A stretch of DNA of 64,000 nucleotides. Origin: Anthoceros angustus. Lineage: Eukaryota > Plantae > Anthocerotophyta. The notes below the pieces were generated by a model. It was not told where the DNA came from. It saw only the letters and a program-made list of their open reading frames with translations, and searched no databases. Below are positions 12,146 to 25,800 of this stretch, in pieces (within the stretch, counting starts at the first letter, position 1; each line of letters opens with the position of its first letter). The stretch is taken from assembly GCA_010909165.1 (NCBI GenBank), contig MU008177.1, forward strand, positions 992,001 through 1,056,000, written 5' to 3'. The translations under genes and the position numbers were made by a program.

Positions 12146-12306
12146 AGTGCTGGAAGATGCTGTGAAGTACAGAGGTAGCTGAGCGAAATCGATTGAAGGA
12201 GGTGGAGCGTAAGTTCTTGCTCTAGGCACGGAGAACGTGAAGCTGAGACAATACATGCGTCTACTAAGAAATGATAGTCATGGGTAGCGTGGCGTAGGTT
12301 TAGATT

Positions 12307-12513
12307 AAGAGGGAGTGTTGAAGGGATAAGGGTTATGATTAACCCTTATTAGATAATCTACAACTACGTAAGATATTTTTTTTTACCATAGGTTAATTAC
12401 GAACAGTCACATGTAGTTATATTTAAACATTTTTGTCTTTGAGATGAATCATAACGTTTTTATGCAGAATGCTCTTTTCTCTTTTCTAGCTCTTTGGGTC
12501 TCACCATAAACAT
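12307..12513 (+). mobile_element. Polypurine tract and 3' LTR of a Copia element
   Basis: AAGAGGGAG immediately followed by TGTTG; AT-rich LTR body; right end approximate. Confidence 0.65.
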
Positions 12514-14015
12514 CACAACCTAAGCACTCGCGCAACGCCGCGAGCAGCCCTATCAGCGCTAAGGTCTGCCGTACACTCCACCGTTGGAGTCCGAGTCCGG
12601 TGGCTGGGGAAAAGTACGGACTGGACGGAAACCCCCGAAGTAGTTAGGATCAATAGGCTTATGGTGAGGCACAATACATTCCCTTGGGATCGAACTATAT
12701 ACTACTTGATATGGGACATAGTGTGCACCCGGTTTGTCCGCCAACGAAAGTCCGTCCACATGGATCATAAACTAGGAAAGCAAAAAGAGCTTACAGCTAC
12801 ACGCGGCGATGGCGGGGAGGGAGAGGTGCGCGCAATTAGAAAGATGCCCAAGCCCAAAATTGAGGGGATGCCTTTTTATGCTCCACATGCCATCCTTGTC
12901 GCCGTGCCTTAATTGTCAGTTCCTAACGTTGCCGGCTAACACCTTGGCCACCTACGGTGCCAGCCGTAACGGTCCGGACCACTCTATTCCTTTCTGTCAT
13001 TATGGTTGTTACGCCAAGTGCCCATTCTCCCACCTTACTTCGTCCGTATGATGCGTCATGCCTTACAGGACCCCCTTGGCCTCCAACCACCGTGCCTTCC
13101 AATCGATGACATTCCATCGTGGCTTATTAAGGTGGTTGAGCAATGTGGTTGGGTTGCGTGACTTTATCCTTTGTGTTTTTCCAGCTGTCGTTCTTCTCTT
13201 TCCCTCTTCCTGTATCTTTGATCCAATCTTTTGCCTTTGGGACGGTCCCAAAAGCTACTAAACCTTCTTTTTCTCATTCAATAGCTCTAAAAAAATGAAA
13301 ATCTCACACACAATCAATAGGTCTTTGCCAAGACTTGTTGAAGATCGTCTATGATTCACCCTTTTACCCTATATAGCTTCATTAGATTGCCTACAATCCT
13401 GAGTGTTTTGAGACTCCTCATAGCTGTCATCTTGTCAGCAGCTAAGGGAAGCAGAGAAGGAGACCCTGGAACTGCGGCCATGCCGTCTGCTATTGCCCAT
13501 AGACTTGTTTGCCGTTGCCTCCAATTTCTTGTCTTGTGGAAAGGATTTCCTACCTTTGAAGCCCCATCAGGGGTATGACTCACGTGCTAAGTATGGGGTC
13601 ACCGACTGGATAAAGAGCAGAGCCTCAGACAGGAGGCCAACTTATTCTACCATATCTTTCACGATTGGTATCAGCCATCTACTATATGATGACATCTACT
13701 CTGTAATCAGGCGAGTCCAACCCCGAGGTTGGAGATGGAGGGGCAAAGGAGGTGAAACCCTCCTCCCCTAGGGTAAGGGAGGCGACATGTGTAGAAGACA
13801 TGCCTGCGGCCAAGAGGGCCAGGACGATCTTGCTGGAGGATGGACGCCCGGTTGTGGAGGACAACAGGGGCTCTAGCCTTGAGCCCATCGAGCTAGAGTA
13901 GGGGCAGCAAGAAGCATGTGGGGGAAATCAGGGTAAGGTCCCCCAAGGGTTTTGAAGAACTTGGCAGTTGGCTCTCTTAGGATCTTAATTGATGCTTTAG
14001 AGAGTTGTTTATGTA

Positions 14016-14053
14016 GGTTTAGGGTTTAGGGCTCCTAGGGTTTAGGGTTTAGG
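14016..14053 (+). repeat. Short degenerate telomeric tract
   Basis: GGTTTAGGGTTTAGGG...TAGGGTTTAGGGTTTAGGG. Confidence 0.7.
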
Positions 14054-14176
14054 GTGGTGGCTGGGAACCTTAAAGAGGTAGCCATGATGGTTGCAAGTGG
14101 GTGGAGTACACGAAAAATATTTTAAGACCCGCTCATAGCTAGGGAGGGTTCCCAAGAAAACTCTTAATTAGGCCTT

Positions 14177-14720
14177 TTGGCTATGGAGAAGCCCACTTCT
14201 AGGGTACGCCCTATTGCCGTGGGGGAGGCGTTTTTGCGGCTTGTTAGTTGCAGCATTGTCATCCAACTCAGAGAGCAATTCCAAGGCCATCTTTGTCCTC
14301 ACCAATTTGGGATTGCTACTCCGGGGGGCTGCGAATCCGTGGGGAGGGGGCGAACCTGGAGTCCCACTCGGATTGGGTCACCCTGAAGGTGGACATCGAG
14401 AACGCCTTCAACACTGTCTCGAGGACGGTCATCTTCAACGAGCTTAAGGACGCACGTGAGCACTTCAAATCTTATCCCTTTTGTCCTCTCTTTCTACGAG
14501 TCTCCTTCGAAACTCTATTATCAGCATGGACCCGCAGTCGATGGGGTTTCGATGCTCGTCTTGGCTGCTGGCACTCGGTAGGGGAATCCGTTGGGGGCCG
14601 CCCTTTTTTGCCATAGCCTTTTGTTAATTTGGACCCTGGAGGAGGCCTGTCTAAAGGCTTCGTTCCTCTGTTTCTGTCCGTACCCGTCGGTGGTAGATGA
14701 CACCCACATCCTTGGGTTGG
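14177..14720 (+). mobile_element. CRE-like non-LTR retrotransposon RT remnant
   Basis: VRPIAVGEAFLRLV, HQFGIATPGGCE, LKVDIENAFNTVSR and VVDDTHILG, spread across frameshifts. Confidence 0.7.
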
Positions 14721-15428
14721 GTTACAAGGTTAAGGAGGCTTTTAAACTTTTTGATGAGAATCATAGCTTGCTCAAAGTGCTTCTAGCATTGATTAGATTA
14801 AGAAGAGCAAGTATTTATGTAGCATAGATGGTTATGTGTGTCCAAATGGCTTAGGCCAAATGGACACACAGCATTGTTATTAAGCATCCTCCACTTGGAT
14901 CGGTACTTAGATGGGGTGCCTAAAGGGAATGGATGCCCTTGGTACAAGTAGTTTAGGCATACCATGATATAAGTTGTTAAGTACCAAGTCCCATGACGGA
15001 AATCCGTCCTTAGTGGACTTAAATAAAATTCTTCTTCTTCTATAGGTTGTTGGAACCAATATAACCGAAATAAAACCTAATTACTTAAATAACTACTTAA
15101 GAAACTAACTCTAGCCCTAATCATTAATTCTAGTGATTTATATATGCCATAATAAATAGTGCTCTAAATAGGTATGTATTTTATCACTCCCACTTACTAT
15201 GAGATGAGGGTGAATATAAGCTAAAAAAATAAACTGAAGTTGCTTAAAAAATCCCGAAACTATAACATTCTGATTATCCCTATCATGAGGGGGAGGTGGA
15301 TCGGGGTCAGCCATTCGTGTGCATGTCTCAGTATGCACAGGAATGGTGTTAGGCAAGCGCATTCACGCCCAAGGAGAAAAGCAATTTTCTCTGGCGTGCA
15401 CGCTTCAGATGTCGCTACTTCATTATTG

Positions 15429-18400
15429 TCACGGTCTGCCCTTACAACTGCAACAACCATTTGTGAATCGATGCGCACGGAACCCATCTCTTACAATAAT
15501 GTCTCTCTGTTCAAGCCTTGACATGATCTCCGTGGAACTGTGGCAGTCACTGCACATGCGTAGATTCTTCGTTACCACCAGAGGAGTCCCACTCGAAGTG
15601 TTCAAGAGACCAAACGCCAGAGCTAGCTTCTCAGCATGCCCACAAAGCACATCTTCCTTTTCCTTCTCACACAGTGGCTTCAACACCAAGTTTGTGTGAG
15701 GTATGTGGCCTCCTTCCTGCTTTAGACGTGCATTCATGCTATCTACCTTCAGGGCAATATTCTCTCTCCTTTCCCCGACGAGAAATCTATGTACGTGCTT
15801 ATTCACCTCAATGGTAGCCACTGCAGGTTTCTTGTTAGCTCCTGCTACCATTCTCAGTGTTTCAATCCTGTCTACATCGCTCCACCTACCTGCATCTGCG
15901 TAAGCATTCGCCATGAGCACATATGCAGATGCCCTTTGAGGGTCCAGCCTAACAATGCTTTCAAAACACCAAATCGCCCTCGCTATGTCCCCGTGACTTT
16001 TGCAGGCATTCAACAAAGACGTCAACCCCACAACATTACTTTGGCCCTCACACGATAATAGCATCTTCTGTGCCTCATCTAAATGGCCAGCACGCCCAAG
16101 AAGATCAATCATGCAGGTGTAATGCTCAATAGTAGGTTTGATGCCATGCTGTTCAGCCAGGGAATCAAAGTGCTTGCGACCCTCGTTGACCAGTCCCTCA
16201 TGACTGCATGCTACTAAAAGGCAAGTAAAAGTTGCATCATCAGGCTGAATACCGGCAACCAACATTTCCTCAAAACAGGCTAGTGCCTTCTGACCTTCAT
16301 CACAAGCACCATACCCAGATATCAGGGCATTCCACGACACCACGTCCTTTGCGGCCATGCTGTCAAAAACCTGGCGGGCAACTCTCATTTGACCACATTT
16401 TGCATACATGTCCACCAGGCAGGTGCCCACACTACTTATCCAGCAGTCCTCTTTCGACAATCTGTGAGTGCAGCTGCCTGCCCTTCTGTAAGGCACCAGT
16501 GCTTGCACAGGCCTTCAGAAGGCAAGTAACATGGTCAGCCAAAATGAGGCCCTCATCCTCCATTTCTCCATACAGACAAGCCGCCTCTTCGCCGAGCCCT
16601 TGCTGTGCATACCCAGCAATCAGGGCCGTCCATGTCACCACATTCTTTGTGGCCAAGCTTTCAAAAACCCCACGTGCATCTTCCAGTTCCCCACATTTTG
16701 AGTACATATCCACGAGGCAGGTGCCCAGCAGCTCACTATTCAGGAGTCCTCTTTCCACAATCTGTAAGTGCAGCTGCCTCCCCTTCTGTAAGGAACCAGT
16801 GCTTCCACAGGCGTTCAGTAGGCAAGCGAAAGTAACATCATTAGCTAAAGTCAGACCCTCTTGCTCCATTTGCCCATACAGAACAAGCGCCTCTTGGCCG
16901 AGCCCTTGCTGTGTATACCCGGAAAGCAGGGCCGTCCATGTCACTACATCCTTTCTGGCCAAGGTATCAAAAACCTGGCGTGCATCTTTCAGTTCACCAC
17001 ATTTGGCATACATGTCCACCAGGCAGTTGCCCACCAGTATGTCATCCAGCAGTCCTCTTTCGACAATCTGTGAGTGCAGCTGCCTGCCCTTCTGTAAGGC
17101 ACCAGTGCTTCCACAGGCCTTTAGAAGGCAAGCAAAAGTAACATCGTCAGCCAAAATGAGGCCCTCCTCCTCCATTTGTCCATACAGAACAAGCGCCTCT
17201 TGGCCGAGTCCTTGCTGGGCATACCCAGCAATCAGCGCCGTCCATGTCACCACATCCTTTGTGGCCATGCTGTCAAAAACCCGGCGTGCATCTTCCAGTT
17301 CACCACATTTTGCATACATGTCCACCAGGCAGTTGCCCAACAGTATGTCATCCAGCAGTCCTCTTTCACAATCTGTGAGTGCAGCTGCCTGCCCTTCTGT
17401 AAGGCACCAGTGCTTGCACAGGCCTTCAGAAGGCAAGCAAAAGTAACATGGTCAGCCAAAATCAGGCCCTCTTGCTCCATTTGTCCATACAGAACAAGCG
17501 CCTCTTGGCCGAGTCCTTGCTGTGCATACCCAGCAATCAGGGCATTCCATGTCACCACATTCTTTGTGGCCAAGCTTTCAAAAACCTGACGTGCATCTCC
17601 AAGCTCACCACATTTTGCATACATGTCCACCAGGGCGGTGCCCACCAGCATGTCATGTAGCAGTCCAATTTCAACGATCTGAGAGTGCAGCTGCCTGCCC
17701 TTCGGTAAGGCACCAGTGCTTGCACAGGCCTTCAGAAGGCAAGCAAAAGTAACATCATTAGCCAAAATGAGGCCCTCCTGCTCCATTTGTCCATACAGAA
17801 CAAGCGCCTCTTGGCCGAGTCCTTGCTGTGCATACCCAGCAATCAGGGCATTCCATGTCATCACATCCTTTCTGGCCATGGTATCAAAAACCTGGCGTGC
17901 ATCTTTCAGTTCACACATTTTACATACATGTCCACCAGGCAGTTGCCCACCAGAATGTCATCCAGCAGTCCTCTTTAACAATCTGTGAGTGCAGCTGCCT
18001 GCCGTTTTGTAAGTCACCAGTGCTTGCACAGGCCTTCAGAAGGCAAGCAAAAGTGACATGGTTAGCCAAAATAAGGCCCTCCTCCTCCATTTGTCGATAC
18101 AGAACAAGTGCCTCATGACCCAGCCCTTGTTGGGCATACCCACCAATCAGGGCCGTCCATGCCACCACATCCTTTGTGGCCAATCTTTCAAAAACCTGGC
18201 GCGCATCTTCCAGTTGACCACATTTTGCATACATGTCCACCAGGCAGGTGCCCACGAGTATGTGATCCAGCAGTCCTCTTTCGACAATCTGTGAGTGCAG
18301 CTGCCTGCCCTTCTGTAAAGCACCAGTGCTTGCACAAGCCTTCAGAAGGCAAGTGAAAGTAGCATGGTTAGCCAAAATCAGGCCCTCCTGCTCCATTTGT

Positions 18401-21400
18401 CCATACAACAAGCGCCTCATGTCCCAGCCCCTTGCTGCATACCCAGCAATCAGGGCCGTCCATGTCACCACATCCTTTTGGCCAAGCTGTCAAAAACCTG
18501 GCGTGCATCTTCCAGTTCACCACATTTTGCATACATGTCCACCAGGCAGGTGCCCACCAGTATATCATCCAGCAGTCCTCTTCCACAATCTGAGTGCAGC
18601 TGCCTGCCCTTCTGTAAGGCACCAGTGCTTGCACAGGCCTTCAGAAGGCAAGCAAAAGTAACATGGTTAGCCAAAATCAGGCCCTCCTCCTCCATTTGTC
18701 CATACAGAACAAGTGCCTCATGACTGCATGCTACTAAAAGGCAAGTAAAAGTAGCATCAGGCTGAATACCGGCAACCAACATCTCCTCAAAACAAGCTAG
18801 TGCCTCTGACCTTCATCACAAGCACCATACCCAGATATCAGGGCATTCCATGTCACCACATCCTTTGTGGCCAAGCTGTCAAAACCTGGCGTGCATCTTC
18901 CAGTTCACCACATTTTGCATACATGTCCACCAGGCAGGTGCCCACCAGTATGTATCCAGCAGTCCTCTTTCAACAATCTGTGAGTGCAGCTGCCTGCCCT
19001 TCTGTAAGGCACCAGTGCTTGCACAGGCCTTCAGAAGGCAAGCAAAAGTAACATGGTTAGCCAAAATCAGGCCCTCCTGCTCCATTTGTCCATACATAGA
19101 CAACAAGCGCCTCATGTCCCAGCCCCTTGCTGTGCATACCCAGCAATCAGGGCCGTCCATGTCACCACATCCTTTTGGCCATGCTGTCAAAACCTGGCGT
19201 GCATCTTCCAGTTCACCACATTTTGCATACATGTCCACCAGGCAGTTGCCCACCAGTATATCCAGCAGTCCTCTTTCAACAATCTGTGAGTGCAGCTGCC
19301 TGCCCTGTAAGGCACCAGTGCTTGCACAGGCCTTCAGAAGGCAAGCAAAAGTAACATGGTCAGCCAAAATCAGGCCCTCCTCCTCCATTTGTCCATACAG
19401 AACAAGCGCCTCATGTCCCAGCCCCTTGCTGTGCATACCCAGATATCAGGGCATTCCATGTCACCACATCCTTTGTGGCCATGCTGTCAAAACCTGGCGT
19501 GCATCTTTCAGTTCACCACATTTTGCATACATGTCCACCAGGCAGTTGCCAACAAACAAGTTAGTAGGAATGCCACTGCAACACATCACAGTGCACTTTC
19601 TGCCAGATTCCAAGTCGGCAAATGCACAAGCTTGAAGGGCAGCTACAAAGACGTGAGCATCCGCCTTCACTCCTGACCTACGCATCTCATGGTACAGTTG
19701 TATGGCCTCTAGGTTTCCCATGCTTAGCATGCAGAGATTATGGAAACCACATGAAGGCATCTGGTTTGCCCACCCTGGTGAACACATCCATGGCCTCCTG
19801 CAGCCTACCTCCATGCATACATGCGCAAGATATGGTTCCCCAAGTATGCATTCGACTCGTACCCAAGTTTGACAATGAGATCATGAACTCGTCGCCCCAC
19901 AACCAAATCCTTCTTAGCTGCACACAGTTTTAGCACAGTGTAAAACAGAGACTGAGAAAGCAGAGTCTGTCTGCGCCAGAGATTCCAGGGCTCCAACGGC
20001 CTCAGAAAGCTTCCCTGCTGACACACATGCTCACGGTTCCAGCCGTTACGACGCCCATTTCCGATCCTGCACGCCTCCAGGTTCAGGCTTATCCGGAGAG
20101 CTCGACTTGGAAGGAGAGGCACCATGACCCATCTGCATATCCAAGGAAACGAGCTGCTCATCAACCCAAGCTGGCTTAAACATGTTGTTTAACCACAGGA
20201 CCTCGCCGGACCCTTACGCCGGAAGTCAGGCGAACGGGAGCTCTTCTTATCTCGTCTGTTGTCCCACCACATGGTAGGGTCCAGAAAAATTGTTGCCACA
20301 AGTGCTCCTGCTCCTGGCGACGACCATCGCTGGAAACCCGTCCCCACCACACATTTTGCATACATGTCCACCAGGCAGTTGCCAACAAACAAGTTACTAG
20401 GAATGCCACTGTGCAAGACATCAGAGTGCACTTTTCTGCCAGATTCCAAGTCGGCGGCAAATGCACAAGCTTGAAGGGCAGCTACAAAGACATGAGCATC
20501 CGCCTTCACGCCTGACCTACGCATTTCATGGTACAGGTGTATGGCCTCGTGAGGTTTCCCGTGCTTAGCATAGGCAGAGATTATGGAAAACCACATGAAG
20601 GCATCTGGTTTGCCCACCCTGTTGAACACCTGCATGGCCTCCTGCAGACTACCTCCGCGTGCATACATGCGCAAGATATGGTTCCCCAAGTATGCGTTCG
20701 ACTGGTACCCAAGTTTGACAATGAGGTCATGAACTCGTCGCCCCACAACCAGATCCTTCTTAGCTGCACACAGTTTTAGCACAGTGTAAAACAGAGACTG
20801 AGAAAGGGCAGAGTCTGTCTGCGCCAGAGATTCCAGGGCTCCAACGGCTTCAGAAAGCTTGCCCTGCTGACACAGCATGCTCACGGTTCCAGCCGTTACG
20901 ATGCCCATTTCCGATCCTGCACGTCTTCCAGGTTCAGGCTTATCCGGAGGGCTCGATTTGGAAGGAGAGGCACCATGGCCCATCTGCATATCCAAGGAAT
21001 CGAGCTGTTCATCAACCCAAGCTGGCTTAAACTGGTTGTTTAACCACAGGACCTCCCTGGACCTCTTACGCCGGAAGTGAGGCGAGCGGGAGCTCTCATT
21101 GTCTCGTCTGTTATCCCACCACACGGTAGGGTCCAGGAAAAATTGTTGCCACAAGTGCTCCTGCTCCTGGCGACGACCATCGGTGGAAGACCCGTCCCCA
21201 CCTACACATTTTATCGTAATGGGAAGTGCTTGGCTCCTAACACTGCTGCACCTGGAGGCTTCATTTGCCAGGGGTTGACTCCCAGAGGTGAGGTGAGCGG
21301 GAGCTCTTTGCAGAATCCCTGGAGACACACCGATTTGATGGGTCCACAACGGGTCCGGTTGCCACACTGTGACCATCGTTCAGGGACCACTGTCGGAAGA
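15429..21400 (-). CDS. PLS-class PPR gene A: PDF motif + about 10 PLS triplets + E1/E2 + DYW:KP (GRP) domain; frameshifted as assembled, N-terminal block duplicated
   Basis: ORF 15429-16508 ends KKPAVATIEV...HAEKLALAFG...KNLRMCSDCH...CSCKGRP*; 306-bp P-L-S units; WWDNRRD...SPHFRRK...LWLN in ORF 20189-21376. Confidence 0.9.
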
Positions 21401-21410
21401 TGATGGCCTG

Positions 21411-21590
21411 CTAACAACAGACACTGGCAGGATGCCCAGGTACTTTGGATGACCACATCACCGATTTTAGAGCCTAACACAAAACTATGGAAGGATGCCC
21501 AGGTACTTCGAATGACCACACCACCGATTTTCGAGTCTAACAACAGACTATGGAAGGATGCCCAGGTACATCGGATGACCACACCACCAA
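21411..21590. repeat. About 63-bp tandem repeat (3 copies) at the 5' end of PPR gene A
   Basis: CTAACAACAGACTATGGAAGGATGCCCAGGTAC...GATGACCACACCACC repeated. Confidence 0.8.
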
Positions 21591-22845
21591 TACGTTGATG
21601 CGCTGGACTACACCACCTCTACTCTCTCACCTCTCTGCACCCTGCACCGCAAAGCGGTTGCCGCATACATACCCATGGGAAAGGCTCTGCAGCAACGGTT
21701 GTGCAGGAAGACAGGAAGACAGTGCGAGTGCATGGCTGGCATTCTCTGTGTTTCAATCCTGTCTACATCGGTCCACCTACCTGCATCTGCGTAGGCATTG
21801 GCCATGAGCACATATGCAGATGCCTGCCCTTCTGTAAGGCACCAGTGCTTGCGACCCTCGTGGACCAGTCCTCTTTCACAATCTGAGTGCAGCTGCCTGC
21901 CCTTCTGTAAGGCACCAGTGCTTGCGACCCTCATTGGTCGGCAGATGAGATGTGGGTGCTGAAGACATCCCAAGCTGAATTGTTCTGAAAGTCCACATAG
22001 CTCCAAGAGGAGCTCTAGCTTTGGAGTTGTGCAAGCAAGCGAATGCAAGTGTGCCTGGGCACGGCCCTTGGTCTCTCATGATTCTGACTACCTGGTGTGC
22101 GCGAGTCACCTGCTGCATGGACATCCGTTGCTGCCATGTGCACGACTGTGAATCGTGAAAAAACTTGCAGCATTCTCTCCTGCCTGGCTGATCATCCTGA
22201 GCTTCCTGTGCTGTTGGCTGATTGACCTTGTCCCCATCAGGCACATCTGTATGCTGTAGGACTAATCACCGGACCTGGGTACACCCTCCCCTAGCTGATG
22301 GTGACGCTGCATACCCAGTGTGCGACTGTTGGCAATTGCGTGACTCTAGAGACGAGGCGTGCCTGGAGTTGGGCTCGTCGGGAGTCCTTTTCTCCACACA
22401 TGGGACCAGCCAGTCTTGCCTAGTGAACCACAGAAGCCACAGAAGCCCTGGGGGTACCGTCACCTCGACACCCTGCTTTTACCTCCATGAGAAATTCGGA
22501 GGCCCGTTTTACATGGGCGGCATTCCATGTCACCATCCTTTGGCCATGAGCACATACGCAGACGCCTGAGGGTCCAGCCTAACAATGCTTTCAAAAACCT
22601 GGCGTGCATCTTCCAGTTCACCACCAAGTCCTGGTGATTTCTGACATCCACAAACAGCAAGAGAGATCCATTCCATTGCAATAGTCTCTCTTATGGTGAC
22701 AGGTGGATCGGATCAGTGTTGGTAATCGATGTCCATGTCTCCGTTTGCACAGGGCCGGAGTTAAGCAAAGCCCGTTCACCACCAAGAAGACAAAGAAGCA
22801 ATTTTCTATGGCATGCACACTCGAGCACTCGATAGTTCATTTTTC

Positions 22846-25800
22846 TCACGGTCGACCCTTACAACTGCAACAACCATTTGCGAATCGATGTACACGGTAC
22901 CCATCCCTTACAACAATGTCCCTATGTTCAAGCCTGGACATGATCTCCGTGGAACTGTGGCAGTCACTGCACATGCGTAGATTCTTCGTTACCACCAGAG
23001 GTGTCCCACTGGAGTGTTCAAGAGACCAAACGCCAGAGCTAGCTTCTCAGCATGCCCACAAAGCGCATCTTCCTTTTCCTTCTCACACAGTGGCTTCAAC
23101 ACCAATTTTGTGTGAGGTACGTGGCCTCCTTCCTGCTTCAGACGTGCATTCGTGCTCTCTACCTTCAGCGCAAGATCATCTCTTCTTTCTCCCACCGCAA
23201 ATGTATGAACCTGATTCTTCACCTCAATTGTCGCCACCGCAGGTTTCTTGATAGCTCCTGCTAACATTCTTCGCGTTTCAATCCTGTCTACATCCGTCCA
23301 CCTACCTGCATCTGCGTAAGCATTGGCCATGAGCACATACGCAGACGACCTTTGAGGGTCCAGCCTAACAATCCTCTCAAAACACCACACCGCCCTCTCT
23401 ATATCTCCGTGATTCTTGCAGGCATTCAACAAAGACGTCAACCCCACAACATTACTTTGGCCCTCATATGATAATAGCATCTTCTCTGCCTCATCTAAAT
23501 GGCCTGCACGCCCAAGAAGATCAATCATACAGGTGTAATGCTCAATTGTAGGTTTGATGCCATGTTCTTCAGCCATGGAATCAAGGTGCTTGCGACCCTC
23601 GTTGACCAGTCCCTCATGACTGCATGCTACTAAAAGGCAAGTAAAAGTTGCATCATCAGGCTGAATACCGGCAACTAACATCTCTTCAAAACAAGCCAGT
23701 GCCTTCTGACCTTCATCACAAGCACCGTACCCAGATATCAGGGAATTCCACGTCACCACATCTTTAGTGGCCATGCAGTCAAAAACCTGGCGTGCAACTC
23801 TCAGTTCACCACATTTTGCATACATGTCCACCAGGCAGTTGCCCAACAGTACGTCATGCAGCAGTCCTCTTTCGACAATGAGTGAGTGCAGCTGCCTGCC
23901 CTTCTGTAAGGCACCAGTGCTTGCACAGGCCTTCAGAAGGCAAGCAAAAGTAACATGGTCAGCCAGAATCAGGCCCTCTTTCTCCATTTGTCCATACAGA
24001 GCAAGCGCCTCTTTGCCAAGTCCTTGCTGTGCATACCCAGCAATCAGCGCCGTCCATGTCACCACATCCCTTGTGGTCAAGACTTCAAAAACCTGTCGTG
24101 CATCTTCCAGTTCACCACATTTGGCATACATGTCTACCAGGCAGTGCCCACCAGTACGTCATCCAGCAGTCCTCTTCGACAATCTGTGAGTGCAGCTGCC
24201 TGCCCTTCTGTAAGGCACCAGTGCTTGCACAGGCCTTCAGAAGGCAAGCAAAAGTAACATGGTCAGCCAAAATCAGGCCTCCTGCTCCATTTGTCCATAC
24301 AACAAGCGCCTCTTGGCCAGTCCTTGCTGTGCATACCCAGCAATCAGGGCATTCCATGTCACCACATCCTTTGGCCATGCTGTCAAAACCTGGCGTGCAT
24401 CTTCCAGTTCACCACATTTTGCATACATGTCCACCAGGCAGTTGCCAACAGTACGTCATCCAGCAGTCCTCTTTCACAATCTGTGAGTGCAGCTGCCTGC
24501 CCTTCTGTAAGGCACCAGTGCTTGCACAGGCCTTCAGAAGGCAAGCAAAAGTAACATGGTCAGCCAAATCAGGCCCTCCTGCTCCATTTGTCCATACAAG
24601 CGCCTCTTGGCCGAGTCCTTGCTGTGCATACCCAGCAATCAGGGCATTCCATGTCACCACATCCTTTGTGGCCATGCTGTCAAAACCTGGCGTGCATCTT
24701 CCAGTTCACCACATTTTGCATACATGTCGACAAGGCAGTTGCCTACCAGTATATCATGCAGCAGTCCTCTTTCAACAATCTGTGTGTGCAGCTGCCTGCC
24801 CTGCTGTAAGGCACCAGTGCTTGCACAGGCCTTGAGAAGGCAAACAAAAGTCACATGGTCAGCCAAGATCAGACCCTCTTCCTCCATTTGTCCATACAGA
24901 ACAAGTGACTCCTTGCCGAGTCCTTGCTGTGCATACCCAGATATCAGGGCATTCCATGTCACAACATCCTTTGTAGCCATGCTGTCAAAAACCTGGCGTG
25001 CATCTTTCAGTTCACCACATTTTGCATACATGTCCACCAGGCAGTTGCCAACAGTACGTTATCCAGCAGTCCTCTTTCACAATCTGTGAGTGCAGCTGCC
25101 CTTCTGTAAGGCACCAGTGCTTGCACAGGCCTTCAGAAGGCAAGCAAAAGTAACATGGTCAGCCAAAATCAAGCCCTCTTGCTCCATTCGCCCATACAGA
25201 ACAAGCGCCTCTTGGCCTAGTCCTTGTTGAGCATACCCAGCAATCAGCGCCGTCCATGTCACCACATCCTTTGTGGCCAGGCTATCAAAAACCTGGCGCG
25301 CATCTTCCAGTTCACCACATTTTGCATACATGTCCACCAGGCAAGTGCCCACCAGTACGTCATAAAGCAAACCTCTTTCGACAATCAGTGAGTGCACCTG
25401 CCTGCCCGTCTGTAACCTACCAGTGCTTGCACAAGCCTTTAGAAGGCAAGCAAAAGTAACATGGTCGGCCAGAATCAGGCCCTCTTGCGCCATTCGTCCA
25501 TACAGTACAAGCGCCTCTTGGCCAAGTCCTTGCTGTGCATACCCAGATATCAGGGCATTCCATGTGACCACATCCTTTCTGGCCATGCTGTCAAAACCTG
25601 GCGTGCAGCTTTCAATTCACCACATTTTGCATACATGTCCACTAGGCAGGTGCCAACAAACAAGTTAAGAGGAATGCCACTGTGCAGTAGATCACAATGC
25701 ACTTTTCTGCTAGATTCCAGGTCGGCAGCCAATGCACAAGCTTGAAGGGCTGCTACAAAGACGTGAGCATCCGCCTTCACTCCTGACCTACGCATCTCAT

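Noticed and set aside
12520-14000. Short ORFs of unknown origin, one ending in GRP
   Set aside because: No recognisable motifs; the GRP ending is coincidental and has no DYW features.
14985-15022. Hairpin AAGTCC..GACGGAAATCCGTC..GGACTT
   Set aside because: An isolated inverted repeat with no supporting element ends; it could be a transposon subterminal remnant but this is unsupported.
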